Source: Camelus ferus
Taxonomy: Eukaryota
Assembly: GCF_009834535.1 (NCBI RefSeq)
Contig: NC_045696.1
Span: forward strand, 68,512,001-68,576,000
Length of the DNA stretch: 64,000 nucleotides
Direction of reading: 5' to 3'
Shown: positions 62,144-64,000 of the stretch, piece after piece
How positions within the stretch are numbered: the first letter of the stretch is position 1
Layout of the letters: every line of letters starts with the position of its first letter
The notes under the pieces: generated by a model
Told to the model about the DNA's origin: nothing
What the model saw: the letters and a program-made list of their open reading frames with translations, nothing else
Databases searched by the model: none
Translations under genes and position numbers: made by a program

Positions 62144-62589
62144 AAAGAATGTAGCCATACCTTTTAAAAAAAATAAAATTAAAAATATAGAATCATGCCC
62201 ACCATTCTCAGTTAGCAGATACTCTTTCACTGGACACGCAACAGAAGCAAAACAATCCCATGACCTCAAAATCCCACAATTAACCTTGAAGAAGTTAGGG
62301 AATTGTTAGCCATGCTGTTAACAAGAACAGCTTCACTTTGAATGTTGCCACCACGCATTATACTTCCTAGATTCTCTCCTCCTCTAAGAGCTTTTCTACT
62401 TTTGCTTGGATTTTAGTATCCTATTGGGGAAAGTGGTTTTATTTCCAACTACACTTACACACTTTACTGTAGCAAATATTTGGGGAAATAAAGGATATAA
62501 AAATATCCTAGGGATTGCCTATGCAATGACAAAACCAATAGGCAATTTGATGAAAAATTTTAATTAGTCAAACCTGTCTATGGATTCTT

Positions 62590-63060
62590 CAATTCACTTA
62601 TTTGCCAAGCACCTGCTAGGTGCAAGACAATGTACACACATGGTGAGAGATACTTTGCCTAGACTCAGATGACACCTGCCCTCAGAAAGGTTTCAAGCTA
62701 TTTCAGGATAGGAAACATTTACACAAATAACTATGACACAGGACAAGAAAGGTATAAAATGAGAAGTGATATGGATTGTATAAAAGGGAGATTGGGGCTG
62801 AAGAAATTGAGATGACACTTGAATGAACCTTCACAGTCACCGAAATGGGAGAGAAAGCCAGAAGCACTCCAGGTGAAAAAGCACAAGTAAGAATAAAGGT
62901 AGAGCAGTGGGGAAGAGAAGAATGCTTGAGGACCAGTGGACAGATTAGTTTGGGAAGACTCGAATTTTACACACTTTATTGATGGAAAATAACAATTTCA
63001 CTTTTGAGAGAATAGTGGGAGAGAGAATTCGGAGGAGAAAGTCTTATTCTTAAGGATGTT
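62590..63060 (-). mobile_element. L2 fragment
   Basis: caagcacctgctaggtgcaagac, cctgccctcaga, cacaaataactatgac, cactccaggtgaaaaagca. Confidence 0.6.
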
Positions 63061-63384
63061 TTTCAGCTTAAATTAAAACTGTGTTAGAAATATTTTTTGT
63101 ATAGTTTTTTTTATAGTTCTCCATTTTTCTGTTTGTATTTACTTTCAAGTTTCCTATTCTAGGATATCTGAGACATTTCCTGGGCTCCACTACTCTTATA
63201 TGAGACAAAGGAATCATACCATTTCCTTTGCAGAGGTACGATAAACAGGTACTCATCCTTTTGCTGGGAGCCAAAGTAATCCTGAAGTGACAGTCTTTCA
63301 GGGGCCTAAAAGGATCACACAAATTTCTGATCCTGAGAAATCTGACTCATGCATACAAATGAGGAAGACAGTCAGAGAAAGAGA

Positions 63385-63680
63385 CTCATTCCACAAATGT
63401 TTATTTAGCAACCATAAGGATTCTGTCCGAGGGATACAGAGATGAGTTATGCACGTGAGGGGCTTACAGTGGGGTCAAGAAGTCAGGTATCATTATAACT
63501 AACCCAGTCAACCCAGGTAAACATGCTTTGGTCGAGGCACCTTGGAAGGAATAATTAGTTTAAGCTGGAGGCAGTGGTACAGCCAGGAAGGCTTCACAGG
63601 GAAAGGGACACTTGGCTCTTGGAGAAGAAGCTGTGGCATGGCCTGAAGTACATGATGTAATGGTGATGCTCAGGTGGTTT
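63385..63680 (-). mobile_element. L2 fragment
   Basis: cattccacaaatgtttatttagca, gggatacagagatgag, ggggcttacagt, ccaggaaggcttcacag. Confidence 0.6.
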
Positions 63681-63814
63681 CAAAGGAGGATGCTGTGCAC
63701 TGCTTGGCATTTCCTGGGGGCCCTTCTTGGAAAGGCCTCTTGGTGACATCTCTGAATTAGCTTGCCTTTGGCATTGTAAAAATTGATTGCTTTAACAAAA
63801 CTATTTGGCCAGCT

Positions 63815-64000
63815 TGCCTTTTATACCTTTCGTTGTGGAGAATTTTAAACGTATACAAAGGAAGACAGAAGAATATAATGGACCTCCATATACCCATCAT
63901 CCAGCTTCAGCAACTATCAACCTGTGGCCAATTTTGTTTTCCCTAAGCCACTATTCTACCTCCTCCTCTTCCATGTTATTTTAAATAAATCCCAGATACC
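63815..64000 (-). mobile_element. L1MC4/5-type 3' end, running off the window
   Basis: aattttaaacgtatacaaag...ccatatacccatcatccagcttcagcaactatcaac...ttattttaaataaatcccaga. Confidence 0.75.

Overview
Mammalian non-coding DNA, either intergenic or deep inside a large intron. It is most likely from a camelid: three young L1 3'-end insertions carry tails I recognise from alpaca/camel genomes, and I saw no Alu, B1, Bov-tA/BovB, PRE1 or SINEC elements. I found no credible host protein-coding exon, RNA gene, CRISPR array or prokaryotic system. The only ORFs with recognisable homology are decayed LINE-1 ORF1/ORF2 fragments. Roughly half of the window is ancient interspersed repeat (many MIR and L2, L3/CR1, old L1M, MLT1/MLT2/MER34/ERVL solo LTRs, hAT-Charlie MERs) plus microsatellites, separated by repeat-free blocks that look like conserved enhancers. 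The most interesting observations are: a CpG island retained or gained in the 5'UTR of an old, 3'-less L1 (about 25.1-25.75 kb), which contains a 92-bp tandem duplication; a 55-bp piece of a decayed L2 copied 1.4 kb downstream into an old L1; two full CRE palindromes within about 100 bp in an MLT1 LTR; and an L1 with an inverted 5' part. Repeat family names come from recalled consensus motifs, not a database search. Boundaries are approximate unless a TSD is given. I did not find evidence for a wholly new biological system.
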